The notes: generated by a model not told the origin, from the sequence alone. DNA of 64,000 bases from Peptococcaceae bacterium UBA5318 (GCA_002408285.1 DHRG01000062.1:19921-83920), one strand, 5' to 3'; numbered from the stretch's first letter, positions 44,241-53,300 are shown. Made by a program: numbers and translations.

Positions 44241-44374
44241 AGGGATTCTTGATTTCAGGCGGAGTTTTGTTTTAACTCCGACTGAAACTTAGAAGCCCTT
44301 ATCCGGGAGCTTAGCGCCGCTTATCTTGCGTTTAAAGAAGCGGAAGTATTAGCGGCGGTTGGCTATCGGATAAA
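44237..44374 (-). mobile_element. Miniature palindromic element (bcr1/PATE-like), 138 bp
   Basis: Two long hairpins (TTTCAGGCGGAGTT/AACTCCGACTGAAA; TTATCCG...GCCGCT/AGCGGC...CGGATAA) bounded by ATAAA (TTTAT on minus) at both ends. Confidence 0.7.
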
Positions 44375-44532
44375 AGAGGATGATATTCATTAGACACACA
44401 GACCGTATGTGTGTCTTTTTTCTTGTCAAAGTAATCAGGGAAGCATTTCTTCGGCAGGTATAAAAAACAAAAAGCAATATATACTATCATTAAAGAATCC
44501 CTTTAATACCATAAGGAGGGAAGGTAACATAC

Positions 44533-45090
44533 ATGAAAGCTACAGGTATTGTTCGAAGAATTGATGACCTCGGTCGTGTGGTTATCCCGAAAGAGATCAG
44601 GCGCACCTTACGGATTCGGGAAGGGGACCCTTTGGAGATTTTTGTGGATCGCGAAGGAGAAGTGATTCTGAAAAAATACTCTCCTATTGGTGAGCTGGGC
44701 GATTTTGCCAAAGAATATGCGGATTCTCTGTATGAGGCGATCGGGCATATTTCGTGTATCGCGGACAGGGATCAGATCATCGCAGTGGCAGGAGGACCTA
44801 AAAAGGAGTTTTTGAACAAACGGGTTGGAGTAGCTGTTGAGAAAGTCATGGATGAAAGGAAAGCGGTTTTGATCAACCAACCGGGGCAGCACCCTTATTG
44901 CAGTATTTGTACCGGTGAAGAGGGAGAATGTAAATATACCGCCGAAGTGATCGCTCCTATCATTGCCGAAGGTGATCCCATTGGAGCGGTTATTATTGCC
45001 TCCAAGGAACCTAATACGAAATTCGGCGACCTGGAATTGAAGCTCGCTGAAACAGCGGCTTCTTTCCTGGCTAAACAAATGGAACAATAG
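44533..45090 (+). CDS. spoVT: Stage V sporulation protein T
   Basis: MKATGIVRRIDDLGRVVIPKEIRRTLRIREGDPLEIF plus GAF domain. Confidence 0.98.
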   Translation: MKATGIVRRIDDLGRVVIPKEIRRTLRIREGDPLEIFVDREGEVILKKYSPIGELGDFAKEYADSLYEAIGHISCIADRDQIIAVAGGPKKEFLNKRVGVAVEKVMDERKAVLINQPGQHPYCSICTGEEGECKYTAEVIAPIIAEGDPIGAVIIASKEPNTKFGDLELKLAETAASFLAKQMEQ

Positions 45091-45210
45091 AACTCTGAAA
45101 GGTGGTGTGAAAACGCCATCTTTTAATTTTATAGTATATCAGGCCGGCTTCTTTCTTAGTTCAGCGCTTTATTCTCAGGCTGAGTAATGGTATCATATAA
45201 TACAACGGTG

Positions 45211-45345
45211 ATTGAACGAGACTTCATTCAGGGGGAGATTCAACTCCCACTAAATGTTAGTCGAGTCCATACTGGATTTAGTCGCCCTTGGATATCCGCG
45301 CCTATTTAGGAGGGAGGTCTTAGGGCGGGTTAGTTCGGTGATAAA
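45211..45345 (-). mobile_element. Second miniature palindromic element (bcr1/PATE-like), ~135 bp
   Basis: Same two-hairpin layout; minus strand reads TTTAT-CACC...TGAATGAAGTCTCG-TTCAA. Confidence 0.65.
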
Positions 45346-45355
45346 GGAGTTGGCT

Positions 45356-46897
45356 TTGTTGAAAGAGATCGTCGTAATCGGATTGGGACCCGGCGGTTGG
45401 GATCATCTTACTATCGGAAGTTGGGAAGCCTTGAAGGAAGGCCGGCAAATCTTTTTGCGTACAGCCAAACATCCCATCGTGAAAGAATTGACCGAACGCG
45501 GGATCAAATTTTCGACTTTTGATTATTTATATGAGGAAAAAAAGACCTTTCCGGAGGTCTACCGCAGTATAGCCGATATCCTTATTCAGGAACTGGATAA
45601 GGAAACGGTTTTAGAGAGTGTGTATTATGCTGTTCCCGGCCACCCCCTGGTGGCGGAGGAATCAGTTCAGTTATTGCTTCGGGAGTGCCCGGCCTTAGGG
45701 ATACAGATCACTTTTGTTCCGGCGATGGGTTTCTTGGACAGTCTTATTACGGCCATCAAGTTTGATCCGGTTGAAGGGTTACTGGTGCTGGACGCTTTGA
45801 AATTTGAAAAAGAAGATCTGGTCCCCTGCAGGCATACCATCTTTGCACAGGTCTATAACCGGCTGGTGGCTTCAGATCTAAAGTTATCTTTGCTGGAAGT
45901 ATACCCGCCGGAACATCCTGCTGTGGTGGTGCGCAGGGCCAGCATAACCGAAGAAGAAACGGTGACTTGCGTCCCCTTGGCGGAGCTGGATCACCTCGAT
46001 TGGTTTGATTACCTAACTTCAGTTTATTTGGAACCAATTACTGAAGTAACGATCAGGAAACCCTGCCAATATCCCCTTGATCCTTTGGTAGAAGTGATGG
46101 AAGATTTGCTTTCGCCTCAAGGCTGCCCCTGGGACAGGGAGCAAGATCATTTTACTTTAAGGCCCTATCTGATTGAAGAAACCTATGAAGTGCTCGAAGC
46201 GATTGAAAAAAAGGATATGCATAAATTAAAGGAAGAATTGGGAGACTTACTGTTACAGATAGTCTTTCATACGATGTTGGCCCAGAATAGGGGTGATTTT
46301 ACCTGTCAGGACGTGGTTGAAGAAATCAGTCGGAAGATGATCCGGCGCCATCCGCATGTATTTGGCGGTCTATCTGTGAAGCATTCGGCGGAGGTTCTAA
46401 AGAACTGGGAGCAGATCAAAGCTGCTGAAAGAGGCGGGGATCCGCAGAGAGGCAGGATTTTGGACCAGCTTAACAGGTCTTTGCCGGCTCTTTTGCTGGC
46501 GGAAGAGGTCCAGAAAAAGGCCAGTAAGGCGGGGTTTGACTGGAAGGATGCTCAGGGGGCATGGGACAAGCTGCTGGAAGAAGTTCATGAATTAAAAGAT
46601 GCGCTTTTGGGGCAGAATAGAAAAGGACGGGCTGCTGAAAGACAGGATGTTGAAAGACAGGCTGCTGTTGAAGAAGAATTGGGCGATCTGCTTTTTGCCA
46701 TAGTAAATGTGGCCAGATTTACAAAACTGTCGCCGGAGGCGGCGCTCTATAAATCCATCCATAAATTTATCAACCGTTTTAACTATATTGAAGATGTATT
46801 GCTTAAGAAAAATAAAAAGTGGGACGAAATGGACATCCATAAGCTGAATATTTTATGGGAGCAGGCAAAAAACCTTAAAAATAATGAAAAAGTTTAG
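45356..46897 (+). CDS. mazG: YabN-type tetrapyrrole methylase domain + MazG pyrophosphohydrolase
   Basis: VIGLGPG, YAVPGHPLVAE, GCPWDREQ, EETYE, EELGDLL twice, RRHPHVF; start placed after the AGGAG RBS. Confidence 0.95.
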   Translation: MLKEIVVIGLGPGGWDHLTIGSWEALKEGRQIFLRTAKHPIVKELTERGIKFSTFDYLYEEKKTFPEVYRSIADILIQELDKETVLESVYYAVPGHPLVAEESVQLLLRECPALGIQITFVPAMGFLDSLITAIKFDPVEGLLVLDALKFEKEDLVPCRHTIFAQVYNRLVASDLKLSLLEVYPPEHPAVVVRRASITEEETVTCVPLAELDHLDWFDYLTSVYLEPITEVTIRKPCQYPLDPLVEVMEDLLSPQGCPWDREQDHFTLRPYLIEETYEVLEAIEKKDMHKLKEELGDLLLQIVFHTMLAQNRGDFTCQDVVEEISRKMIRRHPHVFGGLSVKHSAEVLKNWEQIKAAERGGDPQRGRILDQLNRSLPALLLAEEVQKKASKAGFDWKDAQGAWDKLLEEVHELKDALLGQNRKGRAAERQDVERQAAVEEELGDLLFAIVNVARFTKLSPEAALYKSIHKFINRFNYIEDVLLKKNKKWDEMDIHKLNILWEQAKNLKNNEKV

Positions 46898-46904
46898 TAA
46901 GGAC

Positions 46905-46931
46905 GCAGGATTTTGGTAGGTTTTGGCGAAA
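46905..46931 (+). promoter_or_regulatory. Sigma-H-type promoter of the HU gene
   Basis: GCAGGATTT-N11-GGCGAAA. Confidence 0.55.
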
Positions 46932-46969
46932 GATAGTTAAAAGTAAACCTTAATTTGGGAGGGATTGTT

Positions 46970-47245
46970 TTGAATAAAACTGAACTCGTCGGTGCAGTAG
47001 CAGAAAAAGCCGAAATCACAAAAAAGGATGCTGAAAAAGCGGTAAACGCGATCCTCGCGAGCATCGAAGATGCAATGGCAAAAGGCGACAAGGTTCAATT
47101 GGTTGGATTTGGGACTTTTGAGGTCAGACAGAGAGCAGCGCGGACAGGCCGCAATCCTCAAACAGGGAAAGAGATCAAAATCGCCGCTACTAAAGTACCC
47201 GCTTTCAAGCCTGGCAAAGCGCTCAAGGACTCGGTAGTGAAATAA
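46970..47245 (+). CDS. hup: HU DNA-binding protein
   Basis: NKTELV...[24 protein letters not shown]...[10 protein letters not shown]. Confidence 0.98.
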   Translation: MNKTELVGAVAEKAEITKKDAEKAVNAILASIEDAMAKGDKVQLVGFGTFEVRQRAARTGRNPQTGKEIKIAATKVPAFKPGKALKDSVVK

Positions 47246-47375
47246 CACTGCAATCTTAAATTGGTAATTCATAACATAAAAATCAGGTTCTTTATGTGAA
47301 CCTGATTTTTATTGCATTCGCCGGATAGTTATATCGCCGGACGGTATTATAATGTTTGGAAGATGGGATGGAATT

Positions 47376-47618
47376 ATGCGCTTAGATAAATTTCTCAAGG
47401 TATCACGCCTCATCAAACGCCGTACTGTAGCCAAAGACGTCAGTGACGCCGGAAGAGTATCGGTGAATGGGAAGGTCGCCAAGCCGGGAACGGAAATCAA
47501 GATCGGCGATATCCTGGAAATTGGGTTTGGTCCCAGGCAGATACGGGTCGAGGTGTTGGAAATCCGGGAGTCGGCGCCTGCCGATCAAGCCAAAAACCTT
47601 TACCGGGTGATAGAATAA
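47376..47618 (+). CDS. yabO: S4-domain RNA-binding protein YabO/RqcP
   Basis: MRLDKFLKVSRLIKRRTVAK. Confidence 0.93.
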   Translation: MRLDKFLKVSRLIKRRTVAKDVSDAGRVSVNGKVAKPGTEIKIGDILEIGFGPRQIRVEVLEIRESAPADQAKNLYRVIE

Positions 47619-47686
47619 TTTGCCATTCATATAAACCCGCCTGCAGGTGAAACTAAGGTTAGTTTACACTGATAGGGGGTTTTTTT

Positions 47687-48643
47687 GTGGTCAGCAAACA
47701 CTTGAAAAGTTATTTGATCGGAATATTGATCCTTATCTTTGTTACGGCGGGATGTTCCAGTCAGTTGAGAAGCCCCGGCAAAACTACCCCTGAGAAAAAG
47801 ACCGGAGAGGAGCCGACTATTTCTCTGTACGTTGCGGAAACACAAGAGAAAAAGCAAATAAAAATAGAGGAGTACATTAAGGGAGTAGTGGCCGCGGAAA
47901 TGGAGCCCACTTGGCCTATCGAGGCGTTGGCGGCCCAGGCCATCTTAGCCCGGACTTTTACGTTGGAACGGATGGAATCGACGCAGGGAGTGCCCGGCAG
48001 GGGGACAGACGCCTCCACAAATGTAGAGGAGTTTCAGGCTTATGACGCCAAACGCATCAATGATAATGTGATTAAAGCCGTAGAGAAGACCCGGGGCGAG
48101 GTGGCAAAATATAACGGCCGGTATATCAAGGCCTGGTTTTTCGCCGACGGGGGCGGGCAAACAGCCGCTTCGGCTGAAGAGGGTTTGGCTTATATCAAGG
48201 AGCCCAGTCCCTATGTGCACAGTGTCAAAGATCCCGGCTCGGATATTACTACCCAGGAAAACAAAGCCTGGCAAGCGGAATTCCCTTTGTCAACGGTTAG
48301 ACAGAGTGTGCGCAAGGCTGTCGGGAACGATCCCGGTTCTATCAGTCAGGTGAAAATAACGAAAAAGGGTCCCTCCGGACGGGCTATGACCGTTCAGATC
48401 GGCTCGGTTTCGGTAAGCGGGCCGGCTCTCAGGCTGGCGTTAGGGAGCGAGAAAATGCGGTCCACACTTTTAACGGACATAAGAATCAGCGGCGGAAAGC
48501 TCATCATGTCGGGCAAAGGCTTCGGACATGGCGTGGGAATGAGCCAATGGGGCGCTAAGGCGCTGGCGGAAAAACAAAAATCACCCGAAGATATTATTAA
48601 GTATTTCTTTAAGGATATTGAAATTGTCAAGGCCTGGAAGTAG
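47687..48643 (+). CDS. SpoIID/LytB domain lipoprotein
   Basis: Lipobox TAGC, EEYIKGVVAAEM, EALAAQAILART, GFGHGVGMSQWGA. Confidence 0.93.
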   Translation: MVSKHLKSYLIGILILIFVTAGCSSQLRSPGKTTPEKKTGEEPTISLYVAETQEKKQIKIEEYIKGVVAAEMEPTWPIEALAAQAILARTFTLERMESTQGVPGRGTDASTNVEEFQAYDAKRINDNVIKAVEKTRGEVAKYNGRYIKAWFFADGGGQTAASAEEGLAYIKEPSPYVHSVKDPGSDITTQENKAWQAEFPLSTVRQSVRKAVGNDPGSISQVKITKKGPSGRAMTVQIGSVSVSGPALRLALGSEKMRSTLLTDIRISGGKLIMSGKGFGHGVGMSQWGAKALAEKQKSPEDIIKYFFKDIEIVKAWK

Positions 48644-48652
48644 GTGGCGTCA

Positions 48653-49312
48653 TTGGACTTGGAAAAGCTGCAATATTTTCGGAACAGGTTAATAGCGCTG
48701 CGCGAGGAGGAAAGGGATGTCGCCGCAGGGATCGGAGAGGGTTTGCGTACTTCCTTCCGGGATGCGACGGATGAATTGTCCCTTTATGATAATCATCCCG
48801 CCGATGTGGGCGATATCACTTTTGAACGCGCCAAAGACCTGGGACTGAAGCTTTTTGCGGAAGACAGGCTGGCTATGATAAACGAAGCTTTGCTTGCTAT
48901 TGAAAAAGGGACCTTTGGAATGTGCGGGTCCTGCGGACAGCCCATTAGTATAGCAAGGCTTGAGGCAGTTCCTTATACCACGTTCTGTCAGGACTGCCAA
49001 AAGGATCAGGAGGACGACGGGCGGTATCCCCGTCCCATTGAGGAAGAGGTGATTTCCTCACCCTATGGCGGACTAAATCCTCATTCAGCGCTTCTGCACA
49101 GAAAGGAGGACAATGCCTTTGATGGGGAGGACTCCTGGCAGGCGGTCGCACGCTATGGCAGCAGTGATTCACCTTCGGATACCGGAGAAGATATGGGCAT
49201 CGTGGAAGATTATGAGGGTATCGCTGCGGTTAGGGGCAAGGATGGACAATTGTATCAGGATTTCGGCGGGAAGGATGACGAGGACCCTCCGGAAAATTGG
49301 CTGAATGAATAA
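48653..49312 (+). CDS. TraR/DksA C4 zinc-finger protein, YteA-like
   Basis: ELSLYDNHPAD, CGSC...RLEAVPY..FCQDC, RPIEE, FDGEDSWQAVARYGSS. Confidence 0.9.
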   Translation: MDLEKLQYFRNRLIALREEERDVAAGIGEGLRTSFRDATDELSLYDNHPADVGDITFERAKDLGLKLFAEDRLAMINEALLAIEKGTFGMCGSCGQPISIARLEAVPYTTFCQDCQKDQEDDGRYPRPIEEEVISSPYGGLNPHSALLHRKEDNAFDGEDSWQAVARYGSSDSPSDTGEDMGIVEDYEGIAAVRGKDGQLYQDFGGKDDEDPPENWLNE

Positions 49313-49498
49313 GACGGGGCCGTTGGCCCTTTTTTATTTTGGAGAAAAGCAAGGCACGGGCGGACAAGTCAGTGTGAGAATGGATATGCGGTGTACCAAT
49401 TGCCGAGAACATCTGAGGGCATAAGGTATTGATTATGAACAGTCAACACAGAGGAATCCCCATTTTTATGTAGGGGTTAATGGCAATTTGTAATTATC

Positions 49499-50242
49499 CT
49501 AACCCAAAACATTTAATTGCCCCAATAATTCACTGTATCTTCTGCGGCTTAAGAAGGCTTCTTTGTCACTTTTCTTAAACTTGATTTGATATGCGTTGTT
49601 GCTCCAAAATTTTATTTTTTCAATTTTATTAATATTAACAAGACAGGCTTTATGAGAACGAAAAAAATGGCCTTGCAGCTTTGACTCCAAATTATAAAGC
49701 GTTTCTTTTATTTTTACTGTGTCATCTACAGTATGTATATAAACCTTTTTATCAGTTCGTTCTATAAATAGAATATCCTCTGAATTTATCAAGACAATTT
49801 CATTGTCAGTTCTAATACCCAGCTTGATATTTCTATCAATTGGAGTGAAATGGGGCTGCAATTTTCTCTTTTTTATTATTTGCATAATCGTCCGTTTTAC
49901 GCGGCTTTCATCAATAGGCATTAGGATATAATCATATGAATAAAGCTCAAAGGCCTCCATAGTAAACCGGGGATGGGTAGCTATAAACACTATATTTATC
50001 CCTAAATCAAGCATTACTAATTTCTTTGCTAAATCCATTCCGGAGCCGTCAGGAAACTGGATGTCTAAAATAATAATATCGGGTTCAGTTTCTACAAAAC
50101 ATTTCTGTGTTTCATCTATGGTTTGGGTTTTCCCTACAATAGTGGTTTTATTAATTGTTGATAATATATTTTCCAGTAACGCCAATATTCTTGGCTTATC
50201 ACTAGCAAGAAGTATTTTTAACATATAATAAATCCTTTCCAC
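49499..50242 (-). CDS. LytTR-family response regulator (no kinase nearby)
   Basis: IILDIQFPDGSG receiver domain; FFRSHKACLVNINKI and LSRRRY LytTR domain. Confidence 0.92.
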   Translation of the reverse strand: MERIYYMLKILLASDKPRILALLENILSTINKTTIVGKTQTIDETQKCFVETEPDIIILDIQFPDGSGMDLAKKLVMLDLGINIVFIATHPRFTMEAFELYSYDYILMPIDESRVKRTIMQIIKKRKLQPHFTPIDRNIKLGIRTDNEIVLINSEDILFIERTDKKVYIHTVDDTVKIKETLYNLESKLQGHFFRSHKACLVNINKIEKIKFWSNNAYQIKFKKSDKEAFLSRRRYSELLGQLNVLG

Positions 50243-50352
50243 GGAATATTTGCTTCTTATTTCCAGAATTGAAGGGATTTTTCCTGCTTATTTCCTATAT
50301 TCCAGTTACTTTCTCTTTAATTTTCAGGAATACTTTGCTTAATTATAAATAA

Positions 50353-50399
50353 TAGGCATAGAAAAACCCCGCTTTTGTGCGGGGTAATAGTTTTTAATA
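50353..50399 (-). terminator. Terminator of the 154-aa gene; 47-bp repeat copy 1
   Basis: AAAAACCCCGC-TTTTGT-GCGGGGT; 46/47 identical to 51588-51634. Confidence 0.8.
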
Positions 50400-50401
50400 T
50401 G

Positions 50402-50866
50402 CTATTTTCTTTGCAGGTGCATTAATACATCAACTAATTTTTGATTTAGGACACTCCCTTGTGTATTGCCAATTTTCTTATCTTGCTGAACTCTTGCCCC
50501 AAACTCTGCAATCCAATCCCGTTTGCCATTTAGATCCGCCTTGGTCAAAAAATACTTATAATTTGGATAATTGTGTTTAATATAATCTGGCGGGGATAAC
50601 TCTGGATTGAAAGTCAGTATAGCATGATCTAGCAGGGAAATTTCTCCCTTCTCGTATAGTTTTTTAGATATTTCACAAAGTTCTTTGTGTGAAGCATGAC
50701 GAATATCATAGTCTTTTGCTATTTGCTCGTAAATATCTGTCTTGGAATTTTGGGAGCTGGTTTTTGCAAGGACTTTTTCTTGGGGAAAAGCTGGACTATC
50801 CTTTTGGGTATTTTTGGGGATATATATAGTTGCCATATTGCTGCTACCGGATACCCTCACGAACAT
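50402..50866 (-). CDS. Hypothetical protein
   Basis: 154 aa with AAAGGGG RBS, upstream TGATATAAT and its own terminator; no family recognised. Confidence 0.75.
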   Translation of the reverse strand: MFVRVSGSSNMATIYIPKNTQKDSPAFPQEKVLAKTSSQNSKTDIYEQIAKDYDIRHASHKELCEISKKLYEKGEISLLDHAILTFNPELSPPDYIKHNYPNYKYFLTKADLNGKRDWIAEFGARVQQDKKIGNTQGSVLNQKLVDVLMHLQRK

Positions 50867-50968
50867 TCAACCCCTTTGCATCTGTTTAATAATTTTATTA
50901 TATCACATTGTTGACATATTTCACAAAATATTTGGAATTTAAGCGGTAAACGTTTTCCTGAGTAAAAA

Positions 50969-51397
50969 TTACTGAATATACATTGAATCGGACATTGTAT
51001 TCCATGGTGAATTTAGTGAAGTACACTGAAAAGTAAAGTTCCCATTCTCAAAGGCGCTGGCATCCCAATAATATATCCAGCCATCAATGATTGTATCGCC
51101 GTTCAGATCAATTGCCTGGTATGCGACCGACTGTAATGTTTGACCATTCATTTTAGCTATGCGATTATGTCCAATTCCAATTTCATATGTAACTATATAC
51201 ATTTCTCCACCGCCATGGTTATAAACCGATGAGAATTGATTACTTGAAAAATACTCATAGGCAGGATGATTTGTAGAGCATGCGGCATATACCTGCAAAT
51301 CGGTTAAAGGAGGGGCTGGGGCAGCGTATACGTTAACTGCAATAGCTAAACTAAGCACCAAGCTTAATAATAGAACTACAAAAATCTTTCTTTTCAT
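50969..51397 (-). CDS. Secreted protein, DUF4879/YolA-like
   Basis: Signal peptide MKRKIFVVLLLSLVLSLAIAVNVYA; APAPPLT N-terminus; HGG..MYIVTYEIG.G; TSLNSPWNTMSD. Confidence 0.75.
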   Translation of the reverse strand: MKRKIFVVLLLSLVLSLAIAVNVYAAPAPPLTDLQVYAACSTNHPAYEYFSSNQFSSVYNHGGGEMYIVTYEIGIGHNRIAKMNGQTLQSVAYQAIDLNGDTIIDGWIYYWDASAFENGNFTFQCTSLNSPWNTMSDSMYIQ

Positions 51398-51498
51398 AAT
51401 TTACACCTTTCATAAATTTATTTTCTCTAGACTGCGATAACACCATTCATACCACCGGACTCACCCCCCAATACATTTCATAGATTGTTTCCAGCCTC

Positions 51499-51589
51499 AT
51501 TATACACAATTTAACCCATTTATTGGGAAGCCTGGATGCAAATGGTTTGATTTTGGGCACAAGTGGCTTATATCTGCTTATGAACGGTA
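51499..51589 (-). promoter_or_regulatory. Promoter with three LytTR-type boxes at 21-bp period
   Basis: Minus strand TACCGTTCAT (51589-51580), AGCCACTTGT (51568-51559), AACCATTTGC (51547-51538), then TGTGTATAAT with -10 at 51504-51499. Confidence 0.65.
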
Positions 51590-51695
51590 GGCATAGAAAA
51601 ACCCCGCTTTGGTGCGGGGTAATAGTTTTTAATAGTATCTTGTGGGGATAACTCTGGATTGAAAGTCAGTATACCATGAAAGGACTTTTTCTTGG
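51588..51695 (-). pseudogene. Collapsed duplicate of the 154-aa gene and its terminator
   Basis: 51588-51634 matches 50353-50399; 51644-51679 matches 50592-50627; 51680-51695 matches 50768-50783; same order and orientation. Confidence 0.8.
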
Positions 51696-51723
51696 CATAT
51701 TAGTGAAAACAGCGCATATAGAT
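51695..51723 (+). promoter_or_regulatory. Sigma-E-type promoter of yabPQ
   Basis: GCATATT-N13-CATATAGAT. Confidence 0.6.
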
Positions 51724-51757
51724 AAAGGTAAAAGAGAAGATGAGGAGGGGCGGGCAT

Positions 51758-52045
51758 ATGGAAAGCGGCAATACTCCTCGCTATCAACTGACCCTGTCAA
51801 ACCGGGAGGTCTTGCAGTCCAATGGAGTAGTCGAGGTAATCACCTTTGATGAAAAGGAAGTCGTTACGGTGACAAAATTAGGTTCCATGGTGATTAAAGG
51901 GGAAAGACTGCATATTATCCAGTTAAATTTAGAGGAGGGGCGGCTCGTTTTAGAAGGAGAAATCAGTATGATTCAGTATGTTGAGGATAAAAGAGGGAAA
52001 ATGAAAGCCAAGGGCAAAGGGGTGTTGGAGCGGCTCTTTAAATGA
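51758..52045 (+). CDS. yabP: Sporulation protein YabP
   Basis: LTLSNRE...GVVEVITFDE...LHIIQLNLEEG.L.LEGEI. Confidence 0.93.
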   Translation: MESGNTPRYQLTLSNREVLQSNGVVEVITFDEKEVVTVTKLGSMVIKGERLHIIQLNLEEGRLVLEGEISMIQYVEDKRGKMKAKGKGVLERLFK

Positions 52046-52067
52046 ATAAATCCAAGGATGGTGTCAA

Positions 52068-52550
52068 ATGCTTTCTGTGGCTGACCAGATAATTTCTTTT
52101 TTGCTGATTATGGCTCTGGGAATAATAGCCGGATTTCTTTTTGACTGTTACCGTACCATACGGTTGAATTGGCGGCCCAAACGCTGGGGAACCGTTCTGG
52201 GGGACGGGGTGTTTTGGTTTCTCCTTACCACGTTGACCTATTCGTTTTTAATGATCAGAACCTGGGGCGAAGTCCGCCTCTATGTTTTTCTGTCTATGGG
52301 CTTGGGCGTACTGATTTACCTGAAGTTTTTCAGCCTGAGGGTAAGCGTTTTTTTAAGAAGGTTTTATACCATATTCGTAAAGGTGATAAAAAAATTCATG
52401 AAAATAGCCGGGATACCCTTTGCAGTCCTGGCAAAAATACTGTTTTTCCCCTTTAAAATGATAGGCGCTTTAGTGATCCTGATTACCCGGGCCATGAAGA
52501 AAATCCTAAGCAGGATACATCCGCCGCCCCCGCCCGAAAATATATCTTGA
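52068..52550 (+). CDS. yabQ: Spore cortex biosynthesis protein YabQ
   Basis: GFLFDCYR, DGVFW, WGEVRLYVFL; follows yabP. Confidence 0.93.
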   Translation: MLSVADQIISFLLIMALGIIAGFLFDCYRTIRLNWRPKRWGTVLGDGVFWFLLTTLTYSFLMIRTWGEVRLYVFLSMGLGVLIYLKFFSLRVSVFLRRFYTIFVKVIKKFMKIAGIPFAVLAKILFFPFKMIGALVILITRAMKKILSRIHPPPPPENIS

Positions 52551-52622
52551 GTATAAGCAGGATTTTCGCAAAGTGTGCAGAAAATAGTTCTTACTCTATT
52601 ATATAATTATTTTGTAATCAAC

Positions 52623-52654
52623 TTGTACACAATCTGTGGATAATATGTGAATAA
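52623..52654. promoter_or_regulatory. Cluster of three DnaA boxes
   Basis: TTGTACACA (1 mismatch to TTATNCACA), TGTGGATAA and TGTGAATAA (reverse complements of TTATNCACA). Confidence 0.65.
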
Positions 52655-52672
52655 GTATTAGGCTGGTAAAAG

Positions 52673-52903
52673 ATGCATATAGAAATAAGAGGCGCGGAAA
52701 AACTGAGTTATCGGGAGAGGCAAGTTGTTGTGCTGAAGGAAACCGGGAAAAGCGCGGAGATTATCGCTAAAACATTAGGAATAAGCCCTGCCACAGTTAA
52801 CACTCTCTTTAACAGAGCTAAAGGAAAAGGATACGAGGTTACCATTATCATACCCGGACAAGAGTGGGGAGTGGGTCAATATGCCGACGACAGCGAGGAA
52901 TAA
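52673..52903 (+). CDS. Small sigma-70 region 4 / LuxR-like HTH protein
   Basis: LSYRERQVVVLKETGKSAEIIAKTLGISPATVNTLFNRAK. Confidence 0.85.
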   Translation: MHIEIRGAEKLSYRERQVVVLKETGKSAEIIAKTLGISPATVNTLFNRAKGKGYEVTIIIPGQEWGVGQYADDSEE

Positions 52904-53300
52904 GATCAGGAATAAAAAACGGACTCATCTATATTTAGTGGACAATGAAACCAGGGATACTAACCCTGTTGCGCGTAAAAAACGGAAAAAATTTAAACCG
53001 GGCAAATTATTGCTTGCAATAGTGGGCTCTTACCTGTTAGTTGCGTTTTTAGCGGGCGGTTATCAAATCTGGCGCTTAAAAGGTCAGATCCAACAGTTGC
53101 AAAATGACAGGGCTTTGTTGCAGGAGCAATACCAGGAGATGACCCAGGAGATGAACGCTTTACAGGATCCGGAGATTATTGAGAGGCTTGCCAGGGAAGG
53201 CCTGGGAATGGTAAAAAACGGAGAAAGCATAGTCATTTCCGCTACGGCGGGGAAAGATATTCCTAAGCCCCAGGAAGTGGGAGGCGAAATTACAGATTAA
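52881..53300 (+). CDS. divIC: Septum formation initiator DivIC/FtsB
   Basis: Basic N-terminus, one TM segment, coiled coil, IERLAREGLGMVKNGE; synteny. Confidence 0.9.
   Translation: MPTTARNKIRNKKRTHLYLVDNETRDTNPVARKKRKKFKPGKLLLAIVGSYLLVAFLAGGYQIWRLKGQIQQLQNDRALLQEQYQEMTQEMNALQDPEIIERLAREGLGMVKNGESIVISATAGKDIPKPQEVGGEITD

Noticed and set aside
45254-45355. N-terminal extension of MazG in the ORF track
   Set aside because: It is a translation of the palindromic element; the RBS and family homology begin at about 45356.
48641-48646. In-frame TAG directly followed by GTG between the SpoIID-like and YteA-like genes (possible amber/pyrrolysine read-through fusion)
   Set aside because: Both proteins are complete and functionally unrelated (exported lipoprotein versus cytoplasmic zinc finger), AGGTGG provides an RBS for TTG 48653, and no pyl genes are in the window.
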